DNA from: Bacillota bacterium
GTDB taxonomy: Bacteria > Bacillota > Clostridia > Lachnospirales > Lachnospiraceae
DNA: 64,000 nucleotides
Assembly: GCA_023414355.1 (NCBI GenBank)
Contig: JAEZOB010000038.1
Coordinates: 5,022 to 69,021, forward strand
Direction of reading: 5' to 3'
Positions 1 to 9,827 of this stretch are shown here, one piece after another. The stretch's first letter is position 1; every line of letters starts with the position of its first letter. The notes under the pieces are model-generated. The model was given only the letters and a program-made list of their open reading frames with translations, made no database searches and was not told the DNA's origin. The position numbers were made by a program, and so were the translations under genes.

Positions 1-267
1 GATCTTCACGGCCTGAAATAGCCAATCTCCCAGTAGAATCAGGATACCTGCCATGGATAAAGGCAGGAGGAACCCAATCATAAGATATGCGGGAACTGCC
101 AGCAAAAAACCAAGTATCGCACCGGTACAGCGCGCACAGACCGGAAATTGATATCCGTGACAGAAAAAGCTGCGTTCGGGCTTCTGATGGCAGCCTGCCC
201 TTTCGCCCAGCTCCATAAGCTTCATCCACAGTTTATTTCCCGTCTCAGCCTTACTGTTCGTATCCAT
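1..267 (-). CDS. DUF2085-like predicted membrane protein (3' end runs off the window; not in the ORF track)
   Basis: Manual translation from the ATG at 267 gives MDTNSKAETGNKLWMKLMELGERAGCHQKPERSFFCHGYQFPVCARCTGAILGFLL... The CHQxPERS and PxCARCTG motifs are followed by hydrophobic helices. Confidence 0.75.
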   Translation of the reverse strand, partial: MDTNSKAETGNKLWMKLMELGERAGCHQKPERSFFCHGYQFPVCARCTGAILGFLLAVPAYLMIGFLLPLSMAGILILLGDWLFQAVKI

Positions 268-270
268 CGC

Positions 271-483
271 TTATACCCGGAACTTTCTGCCGCAATGGTT
301 GCAGACCCAGTAAGCTTTTCTCGAAGTATGCCCCTCACCCATACCGCACAAGCCGCAGAGCCAGCCAATCGGTCCTAAAATCAGATAACCGCAGCAGCCT
401 TTAAAAATTCCGTAACCCTTCATCTTCGTCTCTGTCTCCTCTATGATATGACAGTTCTCACTTTGACACGACGGACATCTCAT
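271..483 (-). CDS. Small Cys-rich zinc-ribbon protein with a central hydrophobic segment
   Basis: CPSC...CNHC knuckles flank GCCGYLILGPIGWLCGLCG; a strong SD (AAGGAGGAGG) lies upstream. Confidence 0.7.
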   Translation of the reverse strand: MRCPSCQSENCHIIEETETKMKGYGIFKGCCGYLILGPIGWLCGLCGMGEGHTSRKAYWVCNHCGRKFRV

Positions 484-599
484 CTCTACTCCTCCTTATC
501 CAATCAGGCTAAGACATGGTATCTTAACCTTCCCCTGTATTCCCCGCTGATCTGCCTGTATCTAACCCGGCTGAGTCTTACAGACAGATAGACGTTTTC

Positions 600-1223
600 C
601 TATGAAGATTCATGATTTCTTTTAGAAAATACACAGCCGCAGTAGTCTTGACGATATAGCGAGTACTCCCCCGACAGTTCAATCGAACGTTTGAAGCCAT
701 TCTTCTTCTTAAAATCCGAAGGAAGCTGTAATACTCCGTACTCCTTAGCCAACTGCTCCCCGATCTCATTCAGTTTCTCCGCATTCTTGTGAGGACTGAT
801 GGACAAGGTGGTAGTAAAGAAGTCAAAGCCACCCACCTTAGCCAGACGCGCTGCCTCTGACAGACGAAGCTGATAGCATACAAAGCAACGCTCTCCGCCT
901 TCTTTCTCCTCTTCCAAACCTTTCACAGCTGAATAAAAGATCTCCGGTCGATATTCACCCTGAAGGAACTGCACCTTGGATCGGAGCGGCATCGCCTGAA
1001 TAAGCTGCTTCTGTTCCTCTACTCTTCTATTATATTCCTCTGCCGGATAGATATTGGGATTATAATAGTATATGGTAATATCAAAATACTCTGACAGATA
1101 TTCTAAAACATAGCTACTACAAGGAGCACAGCAGCTATGGAGCAACAGCTTCGGCCGGCGTTTCTCGGCAGACAGCTCATTCAGTAATTTATCCAATTCC
1201 TTTTGGTAATTTCTATTATTCAT
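600..1223 (-). CDS. queH: Epoxyqueuosine reductase QueH (DUF208)
   Basis: LLLHSCCAPCS, YNPNI, RCxxCY, TTTL and YRQDYCGC motifs. Confidence 0.9.
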   Translation of the reverse strand: MNNRNYQKELDKLLNELSAEKRRPKLLLHSCCAPCSSYVLEYLSEYFDITIYYYNPNIYPAEEYNRRVEEQKQLIQAMPLRSKVQFLQGEYRPEIFYSAVKGLEEEKEGGERCFVCYQLRLSEAARLAKVGGFDFFTTTLSISPHKNAEKLNEIGEQLAKEYGVLQLPSDFKKKNGFKRSIELSGEYSLYRQDYCGCVFSKRNHESS

Positions 1224-1616
1224 TTAAATCAGTTCCAGCTTCCTCAATACATTTTCAAATTTATCCTGGTCAATAGGCTTTCCGGCGTAAGCAGTACATC
1301 CGAGATCAAATGCCTTGGTCACATTCTTTCCTTCATTTAAGGCTGTCGTCATAATAATTTTAACTGCTTTATCTTCCGGAACAAATTTTTCCTTCTCAAT
1401 ATCCCTGATCTTCCTTAAAGCTTGATAACCATCCATTCCCGGCATCATAATATCCAGGCAGACTAGATCATAGCCCTCATTCGATTCAAGCGCCATGCTA
1501 AATGCTTCTACTGCCTCTGTGCCATCCACTGTAACATCACACTCACCGTATTTTGACAGAAATCTCAACATAAACTTTCTGCTGGCGAAATCATCTTCAG
1601 CAATCAGTACTCTCAT
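1224..1616 (-). CDS. Single-domain response regulator (CheY-like receiver)
   Basis: LIAEDD, CLDIMMPGMDG, MTTA and KP motifs; no output domain. Confidence 0.9.
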   Translation of the reverse strand: MRVLIAEDDFASRKFMLRFLSKYGECDVTVDGTEAVEAFSMALESNEGYDLVCLDIMMPGMDGYQALRKIRDIEKEKFVPEDKAVKIIMTTALNEGKNVTKAFDLGCTAYAGKPIDQDKFENVLRKLELI

Positions 1617-1692
1617 AAGTCCTCTCCTTCCTGTAACCCATACTGAAATTTAAAGCTACTTCCATAGAATGGCTATATCCCATATTATATAC

Positions 1693-2760
1693 CTATTGAT
1701 GATATTTCTCTATTAATTCTTTTAAAGCATCTAATAAGCGTTTCATTTCCTCGTCAGTGCCTATTGATATTCTTAAATAATTATCGATCCGCGGTGCATT
1801 GAAATACCGCACATAAATGTTCTGTTTTCTTAACTCTTCGAATATCACCTTGGCAGGAATTGTATTATGGGAGACAAAGAGGAAATTGGCACCGGATTCA
1901 GGAAAGGAAAAGCCCAATTCCTTAAGGCGTAACTCGGCCTGGCTTCTGGTTGCCATAAGCTTCTCGATGCCTTCCCTAAAGCATTTCACATCCTTGACAG
2001 CCTCAACTCCGGCAAGGATTGCCGTCTGATTCATTGTATAGGAATTAATCGAGTATTTAACATCGTTCAATGCTTTGATCAGTATCGCATTTCCCATGGC
2101 ATACCCAATTCTCATCCCTGCCATGGATCTCGATTTGGAAAAGGTCTGTACTACGATCAGATTCTCATACTTCGCGATCAAATCCACCGCAGACGTCCCG
2201 CCAAAATCGATATAGGCTTCATCGATAATCACGATCGACTCTTGATTGTTCTGAATAATTTCCTCGATCACAGAGATGTCCTCACAGATTGAGGTAGGTG
2301 CGTTCGGATTGGCAAGGACGATACCGCCGTTCGGCCTAAAATAGTCTTCCTTTATGATACAGAAATTCTCATCGAGTGCCGGACGTTCATACGGGATTCT
2401 GTATAAATCACACCATACCGGATAAAAGGAATATGTAATATCCGGGAACAGTATCGGTTTCTCCGAGTTAAAGAAGGTCAGAAAGGCCGTGGCTAATACA
2501 TCATCAGAGCCCACACCCACAAATACCTGATCCTTCTCCAAGTGATAAAAATGAGCCAGCTCCTCAACAAGCAATCCAATTGTCGGATCAGGATACAACC
2601 TCAAAATATCAGTATCTATCCCGTGAAGAACCTGTTCTACCCCCGGTGCCGGCGGGTACGGGTTTTCATTGGTATTCAGTTTAACCATTCCTTTTACATT
2701 TGGCTGCTCGCCGGGAACGTAAGGTATGACGGTTCGAATATTCTTCTCCCATGGTCTCAT
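1693..2760 (-). CDS. hisC: Histidinol-phosphate aminotransferase
   Basis: KLNTNENPY, LYPD, GSDD, NPNAPT, DEAY and TFSKSRSMAGMRIG motifs. Confidence 0.9.
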   Translation of the reverse strand: MRPWEKNIRTVIPYVPGEQPNVKGMVKLNTNENPYPPAPGVEQVLHGIDTDILRLYPDPTIGLLVEELAHFYHLEKDQVFVGVGSDDVLATAFLTFFNSEKPILFPDITYSFYPVWCDLYRIPYERPALDENFCIIKEDYFRPNGGIVLANPNAPTSICEDISVIEEIIQNNQESIVIIDEAYIDFGGTSAVDLIAKYENLIVVQTFSKSRSMAGMRIGYAMGNAILIKALNDVKYSINSYTMNQTAILAGVEAVKDVKCFREGIEKLMATRSQAELRLKELGFSFPESGANFLFVSHNTIPAKVIFEELRKQNIYVRYFNAPRIDNYLRISIGTDEEMKRLLDALKELIEKYHQ

Positions 2761-2883
2761 ATTTTATCCTTGCATCAATGAATGAAGTATGATGCATTTT
2801 CCTTTCTGAAGTTTGATTTATTTCAATATTATTTTATCAAATTATAGTATTATTTCAGAATATAGACTACTTAATCTATAATT

Positions 2884-4071
2884 TTACTTTCCGTATTCCT
2901 CAGCCAGTTTTTTGAATTTGGGAAGAGCGCGCTCAATCATAGCATAATCCACACAATAAGCAATTCTGCAGTAGCCCGGGCAACCAAAGGAGGATCCCGG
3001 AACGATCAACAGGTTATGCTTCTTAGCTGCTGCTGAAAAAACCTTATCATCTTGTTCCATTGCCTTAATAAAGAGGTAAAAAGCACCCTGCGGCTTCACG
3101 CACTCATAACCGAAGGAAACAAGATTATTATAAAGCAGCTCCCGATTCCGATTATAGAGCTCTAAATCCACCTTAGAATCAAGGCATTTTGCAACTGCAC
3201 GCTGGATCAGAGAAGGCGCATTTACATAGCCTAAGATACGGTTGGCAACATTTGCTCCTTCCACCATATCAGTAAAGCAATCCACTTCCTTCGGGATCAC
3301 CAGGTATCCTATCCGCTCGCCGGGAAGGGAAAGGGACTTACTGAAGGAATAGCCTACAATGGTATTATTATAGTATTTCGTTAGGTAGACTACCTCAACA
3401 CCATCATAAGCAAGCTCACGATACGGTTCATCAGCTATCAGATAGATGGATGTACCGAACTCCTTCTGCTTCCTATTTAATATATCTGCCAGTTCCTTAA
3501 TCGTCTGTTCAGAATAGACGACACCGGTCGGATTATTCGGTGTATTCACGATCACAGCCTTGGTCTTTGCTGTCAGCTTCTGCTCGAACTCCTTCAAATT
3601 CGGCTGAAAATCCACCGTATTAGGAGAGATTGTCACAAGCACTCCATCAAAATTACTCACATAATTCCGGTACTCACCAAAAAAAGGAGCAAAGACAACG
3701 ACTTCCTCTCCTGGATTAAGAATTGTCTTTAGGATGACGTTCAAACCACCGGCTGCTCCGACGGTCATGATGATATTCTCCGAATGAAATCCTGTTCCAA
3801 ACCTATGGTTAATGGACTGAGCAACCGCTTCGCGAACGTCCTCATAACCGGAATTATTCATATAACCGTGGACCAGATTGGGGGACTCCTCACTAATGAC
3901 AGAAAGTAAAGCATCCTTAATCTCTACCGGCGGCTCAACACTAGGGTTTCCCAGGCTGAAGTCGAATACATTCTCCGCTCCGTAGATGGAAGCCAGTTTC
4001 TTTCCCTCTTCAAACATTGCCCTGATTACTGAACTGTTCTTAACCAATCCATTCATTTTCTCTGATATCAT
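2884..4071 (-). CDS. Class I/II PLP-dependent aminotransferase (aspartate aminotransferase-like)
   Basis: NTPNNPTG, DEPY and SFSKSLSLPGERIG motifs; start moved to the ATG at 4071 (MISEKM), which follows an SD-like GAGGA. Confidence 0.85.
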   Translation of the reverse strand: MISEKMNGLVKNSSVIRAMFEEGKKLASIYGAENVFDFSLGNPSVEPPVEIKDALLSVISEESPNLVHGYMNNSGYEDVREAVAQSINHRFGTGFHSENIIMTVGAAGGLNVILKTILNPGEEVVVFAPFFGEYRNYVSNFDGVLVTISPNTVDFQPNLKEFEQKLTAKTKAVIVNTPNNPTGVVYSEQTIKELADILNRKQKEFGTSIYLIADEPYRELAYDGVEVVYLTKYYNNTIVGYSFSKSLSLPGERIGYLVIPKEVDCFTDMVEGANVANRILGYVNAPSLIQRAVAKCLDSKVDLELYNRNRELLYNNLVSFGYECVKPQGAFYLFIKAMEQDDKVFSAAAKKHNLLIVPGSSFGCPGYCRIAYCVDYAMIERALPKFKKLAEEYGK

Positions 4072-4276
4072 CCTGATCCTCTTTCCGGCAAGTCCCCAGC
4101 AGCACTTAAGCATTGTAGTTCACCTGGTTTACAGCATCTAGTAAGGTGTTGCAAAGTTCTTGACCTCTGATAAATTTGGTGTAAAGTATAGCATACAATT
4201 GCGCGGTGCGCAATCATCAAGTTATAATTATGCGTTTTAGTATTATAAAATACCATTACCTATGTTCATTACTTAA

Positions 4277-5053
4277 CTATGACAGAAGCTTATGTAGCTC
4301 ATCGATATATGCACCAGTATTCTCAGGGCTGTGGGCATCTGATGCTGTCAGGATATGAACATCCTGAGCAATCAATATCTCTCTCATCCTGCTATTCATA
4401 CCGAGTTCACAATCGACTCCGTAATTCAAGTGAAGCCCTCCGCTTTGTTCTGCATACATATCATGAAGTTTCAGCAGACGGGCAATTTCTTCATATGTTA
4501 CTGATAAATCATAGGAAGACCGCTGTCCGAACGCCTTGATACTATCCGGATGGGCCACTCCAGTGAAAAGACCGCTTGTGATAAGCTTCTTCATAATTTC
4601 ATAGTAACGTCTGTATAATCTATCGATTTCTTGCCCGTTCCATAATTCAGCTTTATGATCAAAGCCAAAACCATCAATCCAGTGGACAGAGCCCACTGCA
4701 AAATCAAACGGAAAGCTTTGAAGCAGTTCTCCGATCAGCTGCTCACTTTCCTCAAAGTAACAGACCTCCAGACCGAATTTAAGTTTAATCGGAAATGATA
4801 ATTGGCGTACCTTCTTTATAAATTCAGTATATTCCTGAAAGTTACGCTTACCTTGATGTCTGAAATACCACTCCCTCTGGTATTCACTATACCGGCAAAT
4901 CGATTGAAACATTGGAGCAAACTCCTGAAATAAATGAGTATGTTCCAAGAACCAGATTTCTTCCAGGCCTCGATCTATTGCCGTCCGGATAAATTTCTCC
5001 AGCCATTCAACCGTATAAGGTCCGCGTTCCAGATGAATATGGCAGTCCGTCAT
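4277..5053 (-). CDS. PHP-domain phosphatase (histidinol-phosphatase HisJ/HisK family)
   Basis: DCHIH, LEH, GLEV, GSVH, HPD and SDAH metal-binding motifs; hisC is nearby. Confidence 0.75.
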   Translation of the reverse strand: MTDCHIHLERGPYTVEWLEKFIRTAIDRGLEEIWFLEHTHLFQEFAPMFQSICRYSEYQREWYFRHQGKRNFQEYTEFIKKVRQLSFPIKLKFGLEVCYFEESEQLIGELLQSFPFDFAVGSVHWIDGFGFDHKAELWNGQEIDRLYRRYYEIMKKLITSGLFTGVAHPDSIKAFGQRSSYDLSVTYEEIARLLKLHDMYAEQSGGLHLNYGVDCELGMNSRMREILIAQDVHILTASDAHSPENTGAYIDELHKLLS

Positions 5054-5176
5054 AATAATCCTCTCCTTACTGCACCTTCATAATTAATTATGTTCTAATA
5101 CTATTTACATGTCATTCCTCTTACCATAGAACAAAGTATCTCTAAATTCCTGTCAAATAGCGCACCATGATGTATT

Positions 5177-5209
5177 AAAAGCGGCCATCGTTTCCTTAGG
5201 CCGCTTCTT
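5177..5209. terminator. Probable intrinsic terminator hairpin
   Basis: AAGCGGCC...GGCCGCTT inverted repeat with an A run on the left (U-tract on the minus strand), downstream of the 5244..5876 gene. Confidence 0.55.
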
Positions 5210-5243
5210 CATAATTATGTCTCTGATGTATTATTGCTTCAGA

Positions 5244-5876
5244 TTATCGAAAACGAATATCCAAGTAAGACTTTACGATTTCGACGCATTTATCAAAGCC
5301 CAGCTTGCTACTGTTCAGACACAGATCATAGTGCTTTGCGTTCTCCCATTCCCTGCCGGTATAATAATTATAATACTCGGCTCTGTGCTTATCGATTGCA
5401 AGAATCTGCTTTTCCAATTCCTTTTCGGACTTACCTGTCATCTCCTTCAAGGTATTGATGCAATCCTCTAGGGGAGCATGTACAAACAGCCGGACTACAT
5501 TGGGATGATCCTTTAGGATGAAATCTGCGCAGCGTCCGATAATGATACAGGTCTCCGTCTCAGCTAATTCCCTAATGATTTTCGCCTGATAGTTGAACAA
5601 ATTATCATTCGATATAAAATCGTCACTATCCGGTGGAATCAGCTCTCCCTTATATATGTTACGCGCAATTTTAAACAGTGAACTCTTCTTCAGCTTCTCA
5701 TCCGCTTTTGCGAACAATTCTTCATTAATACCGCTGTCATCCGAGGCAAACCGGAGAAGATCCCTATCATAATAGGGTATTCCCAGCTCTTCAGAAAGCA
5801 TCTTACCGATCGTACGCCCGCCGCTGCCGTATCCTCTGGCTATCGTAATCACATACTTTTTATCCATATGAAACAC
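5244..5876 (-). CDS. Cytidylate kinase-like family protein
   Basis: ITIARGYGSGG P-loop variant, IIGRCAD, DxxRxxYY and YDLCLNS; the real start is probably the ATG near 5867. Confidence 0.8.
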   Translation of the reverse strand: MFHMDKKYVITIARGYGSGGRTIGKMLSEELGIPYYDRDLLRFASDDSGINEELFAKADEKLKKSSLFKIARNIYKGELIPPDSDDFISNDNLFNYQAKIIRELAETETCIIIGRCADFILKDHPNVVRLFVHAPLEDCINTLKEMTGKSEKELEKQILAIDKHRAEYYNYYTGREWENAKHYDLCLNSSKLGFDKCVEIVKSYLDIRFR

Positions 5877-6069
5877 CTCCCGTTTTCCTTATAGATATAT
5901 AAAACAGAATAAAAGATCAGAACAGGTATTTAAAACTTATTTTGTAGCACCTAATACATCTGGGAAGAACAATGAATGAGCACCATTGTGCGAGATTCTG
6001 CAATTCTTTCCCATGGAAGACTGTGTCTTCCATCTATAAATATAACTCCACCGCTTTCGGAATTATATT

Positions 6070-6777
6070 TTATGCTTCACCCAAATATGCTTTCTTAACC
6101 GATTCATTATCCATCAGCTTCTTCGCATCATCTGTCAGAACAATCTTACCTGTCTCAAGGACATAGGCGCGATCCGCAATTGATAATGCCTTCTTTGCAT
6201 TCTGCTCTACCAAAAGTACAGTAGTGCCGCTCTTACTGATGCTTTTAATAATATCAAAGATTTCTCCCACGAGAATTGGTGATAATCCCATCGATGGCTC
6301 ATCCATCAGGACTATCTTCGGCTTGGACATCAGCGCACGCCCCATAGCCAGCATCTGTTGCTCACCGCCGCTTAAGGTACCCGCGAGTTGGTTCTTTCTC
6401 TCTTTTAATCTCGGAAATCTCTGATAAACATTTGCCAGAGAGTCTTCTATCTCTGCCTTATCCTTTCGGGTAAATGCTCCCAAAAGAAGATTCTCATATA
6501 CCGTAAGCTGTGCAAATACGTGTCTTCCCTCCGGTACATGAGCTATTCCCAGAGATACAATCTTATGCGCGGGGATTTTCTGAAGGTCGGTACCTTCATA
6601 GATCACCTCGCCACTCTTCGCTGCAATCAGTCCGGTAATGGTATGAAGTATGGTCGTCTTACCGGCACCATTGGCACCGATCAAAGCGATTACCTCACCC
6701 TCATTTACCGTAAAGGAAACGTCCTTGATTGCTTGAATTACTCCATAATAAACCTGCAGATTTTTTACTTCTAGCAT
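6070..6777 (-). CDS. livF: Branched-chain amino acid ABC transporter ATPase
   Basis: GANGAGKT, LSGGEQQMLAM, DEPSMGL and VEQN motifs. Confidence 0.9.
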   Translation of the reverse strand: MLEVKNLQVYYGVIQAIKDVSFTVNEGEVIALIGANGAGKTTILHTITGLIAAKSGEVIYEGTDLQKIPAHKIVSLGIAHVPEGRHVFAQLTVYENLLLGAFTRKDKAEIEDSLANVYQRFPRLKERKNQLAGTLSGGEQQMLAMGRALMSKPKIVLMDEPSMGLSPILVGEIFDIIKSISKSGTTVLLVEQNAKKALSIADRAYVLETGKIVLTDDAKKLMDNESVKKAYLGEA

Positions 6778-6795
6778 CTTCTCTCGTTTCCTCCC

Positions 6796-7554
6796 TTATT
6801 CCCCAAGATAAGCCTTGATAACCTCGGGGTTGTTCAGTACCTCGCCCGGGAGACCGTTAGCCAGCTCCATACCAAAGTTTAATACGAATATCTTTTCACA
6901 AATTCCTGCTACCAGCTTCATATCATGCTCTATCAAAAGAATAGTAACATCATATTTTTTCCGTACCAGGGTAATGGTCTTCATCAACTCCTCTGTCTCG
7001 GAAGGGTTCATGCCAGCAGCCGGTTCATCAAGCAGCAGCATTTTGGGATTTGTAGCAAGGGCTCTTGCAATCTCTAGCTTTCTCTGCTTTCCATATGGAA
7101 GATTGGCAGACAGCAGATGTGCTTCCTTATCCAGATCAAATACCTTTAGGATATCATAGGCGCGCTCATTCATCTGCTTCTCTGTCTTAAAATAAGAGGG
7201 CAATCGCAGAATTCCAGCGGCAGTTGAATACTTGTAATTATTATGAAGTCCGATCTTTACGTTATCCAGAACCGTCATATTTTTAAAAAGTCGGATATTC
7301 TGGAAAGTACGGGCGATACCTGCCTTATTGATTCCAATCGTGCTAAGTCCGGTAATATTGACTCCGTCCAGCGTAATAATACCAGCATCGGGCTTATATA
7401 CACCTGTCAGGAGATTGAATATGGTTGTCTTTCCGGCACCATTCGGTCCGATCAGGCCATACAGTTCTCCTTTTTCTATCGTAATACTGAAGGAATCTAC
7501 CGCGCGTAAGCCGCCGAAGGAGATGCCCAGATTTTTAACTGTCAACATAGCCAT
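6796..7554 (-). CDS. livG: Branched-chain amino acid ABC transporter ATPase
   Basis: GPNGAGKT, RTFQNIRLF, LPYG, DEPAAGMN and IEHDM motifs. Confidence 0.9.
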   Translation of the reverse strand: MAMLTVKNLGISFGGLRAVDSFSITIEKGELYGLIGPNGAGKTTIFNLLTGVYKPDAGIITLDGVNITGLSTIGINKAGIARTFQNIRLFKNMTVLDNVKIGLHNNYKYSTAAGILRLPSYFKTEKQMNERAYDILKVFDLDKEAHLLSANLPYGKQRKLEIARALATNPKMLLLDEPAAGMNPSETEELMKTITLVRKKYDVTILLIEHDMKLVAGICEKIFVLNFGMELANGLPGEVLNNPEVIKAYLGE

Positions 7555-7558
7555 AGCC

Positions 7559-8659
7559 TTACGCCTCCTTCCTGTTCTTCTTGATCAGGGCACTTAAGCC
7601 TCCCTGAAGGGAATGTCTCTTCCGCCATTCGATACAGGAGGGATTCCAGTTGAAGATCATCATGACGATTAGTACGATTGCATAGATCAACATTCGATAG
7701 TCCTGCATGAAACGCAGATACTCCGGTAATAAGGTCAGGATCACTGCTGCTATAATGGAGCCTCTGATATTACCGATCCCACCGAGTACTACAAATACCA
7801 GAATCATAATTGACATGTTATAACCGAAATTCTTCGGTGCAGCCACGAGGCTGGATATGTTATGGGAATACAACACCCCGGCTACTCCTGCCATTGCAGC
7901 AGAAATCGAAAACGCCAATATTTTAAATTTTGTAATATCAATGCCGACTGATTCTGCTGCAATTCTATTGTCACGAATAGCCTGAATAGCACGACCTGAA
8001 CGTGAATTAATGAGATTGCTGATAATCAAATAAGACGCGATAAGTAATACCACTGCTATTGTAAAGGTAGTACTCTTAGGTGTTCCGCTAATTCCCTTTG
8101 CTCCGTTTAAAATGACATCTCCACCCTCGGCGAGGCCTAAGGAAACTGAGTCTTTCATGGAAAAATGGAAGCCACTCTTATCAATACCGATATATAATAC
8201 ATTAATTACATTTTTAATAATCTCACCGAAAGCAAGGGTTACAATTGCAAGATAATCTCCTCTCAGTCGAAGGACGACAACACCGATCAGGACACCGAAC
8301 ACTGCCGCAAAGATAGCTCCAATCAGCAATGCCAAGGTAAACCGAAGTAATGTGTTCGTTATGATGTTCTCTGTACATCTTGAGAAAAAAGCACTTGTAA
8401 ATGCACCAATACACATGAACCCTGCATGTCCAAGACTGAGTTCACCCAAAATACCAACTGTTAAATTTAAGGACACTGCCAGTATGGAGTAATAACACAA
8501 AGGTACCAACAGACCCTTCATGAGATTCGATAACACCCCGGCTGAGATTAGTATCTGGCAAAGAATATAAATGATGAGAACGATACCAATTGTAATGATA
8601 TTACTGCGGGTGGATTTATTCATTTGATGAAATGATTTTAATTTTGCCATTTTTCCCAC
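7559..8659 (-). CDS. livM: Branched-chain amino acid ABC transporter permease
   Basis: SLGHAGF, LRLRGDYLAIVTLAFGEI and AIRDN motifs. Confidence 0.9.
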   Translation of the reverse strand: MGKMAKLKSFHQMNKSTRSNIITIGIVLIIYILCQILISAGVLSNLMKGLLVPLCYYSILAVSLNLTVGILGELSLGHAGFMCIGAFTSAFFSRCTENIITNTLLRFTLALLIGAIFAAVFGVLIGVVVLRLRGDYLAIVTLAFGEIIKNVINVLYIGIDKSGFHFSMKDSVSLGLAEGGDVILNGAKGISGTPKSTTFTIAVVLLIASYLIISNLINSRSGRAIQAIRDNRIAAESVGIDITKFKILAFSISAAMAGVAGVLYSHNISSLVAAPKNFGYNMSIMILVFVVLGGIGNIRGSIIAAVILTLLPEYLRFMQDYRMLIYAIVLIVMMIFNWNPSCIEWRKRHSLQGGLSALIKKNRKEA

Positions 8660-9559
8660 CTACACTTTCTCTTGCATCTTCTTGCCGAGAATACCTGTCG
8701 GCTTGACGATAAGAACTACTACTAAAATCAGAAATACAATCGCATCTGCCAGTTGAGAAGAGATATATGCGCGGCTGAGGATTTCTATAACGCCAAGCAG
8801 GATACCGCCGAGCATCGCTCCCGGAATGGAACCAATGCCTCCGAATACCGCTGCCACGAAAGCTTTGATACCGGGCATGGAACCAGAAGTAGAGGTTAAG
8901 CTTGGATAAGCAGAAAACATCAGCATACTTGCAATCGCTGCTAGTGCAGAACCGATAGCGAAGGTGATTGCAATCGTCTTATTCACATTGACACCCATAA
9001 GGACGGCGGCAGCCTTATCTTCCGAAACCGCCAACATACTACGTCCGGTCTTGGATTTTTTCACGAAAACCGTTAATAATATCATGATTACCAGGCACAA
9101 GGGAATGGTTACCAGAGTCTCGCCGGAAATCGTCAACGCACCGTTTGCGAGCTTTAATGCAGGCACTGTGATTACGGAAGCAAATGACTTTGTATCAGCC
9201 CCGAAAATTAATAATGCGATATTCTGCAGCAGATAGCTGACACCGATGGCAGTAATTAAAACTGCCAGAGAAGAGGCGCTCCGAAGAGGTTTATATGCAA
9301 CGCGCTCTATTGTAATACCCAATAGAGTACAGAATATGATCGAAATTAAGACTGCCAGGATAGGACTAAGTCCCATCGTACTCATAATCGTGAATATCAC
9401 ATATCCGCCGACCATGATGACATCACCATGAGCAAAATTAAGCATCTTTGCGATACCGTATACCATGGTATAACCTAGTGCAATGATCGAATATACACTA
9501 CCAAGGCTGATTCCTTTGATTAAATACGAGATAAAGCTCATAATTACCCCCGTCTGCAT
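8660..9559 (-). CDS. livH: Branched-chain amino acid ABC transporter permease
   Basis: GYTMVYG, NFAHG and KAFVAAVFGGIGS motifs; the start may be the ATG at 9541. Confidence 0.9.
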   Translation of the reverse strand: MQTGVIMSFISYLIKGISLGSVYSIIALGYTMVYGIAKMLNFAHGDVIMVGGYVIFTIMSTMGLSPILAVLISIIFCTLLGITIERVAYKPLRSASSLAVLITAIGVSYLLQNIALLIFGADTKSFASVITVPALKLANGALTISGETLVTIPLCLVIMILLTVFVKKSKTGRSMLAVSEDKAAAVLMGVNVNKTIAITFAIGSALAAIASMLMFSAYPSLTSTSGSMPGIKAFVAAVFGGIGSIPGAMLGGILLGVIEILSRAYISSQLADAIVFLILVVVLIVKPTGILGKKMQEKV

Positions 9560-9604
9560 GTTTCATGCACTAAATATAGTTCGTTATCTTTTATCACTTT
9601 CATT

Positions 9605-9633
9605 ATTTTACCATAGGATGACTTCTTTTTCAA
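9605..9633 (-). promoter_or_regulatory. Candidate internal sigmaA promoter for livHMGF
   Basis: Minus strand reads TTGAAA-N17-TAAAAT with a TG extended -10. Confidence 0.5.
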
Positions 9634-9674
9634 CAAAATGAACCTGAAAGCCTATCCATAAGTTATCCGTCAAA

Positions 9675-9745
9675 CTGTATATTTAATTCATAGGATGTCC
9701 TATGAATTAAATATACAGAGGGACAATGACGTGCGTCCCTCTGTA
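9675..9745. repeat. Perfect 21-bp inverted repeat overlapping an 11-bp hairpin
   Basis: CTGTATATTTAATTCATAGGA-TG-TCCTATGAATTAAATATACAG (9675-9718) and TACAGAGGGAC-N10-GTCCCTCTGTA (9714-9745). Confidence 0.85.
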
Positions 9746-9827
9746 CATATTATTACACATACATCAAATCTTTATCAAACCTGTGATTGCTTCGATCCCA
9801 AGGTTTTAAGAACAAGTTCCATTACAA

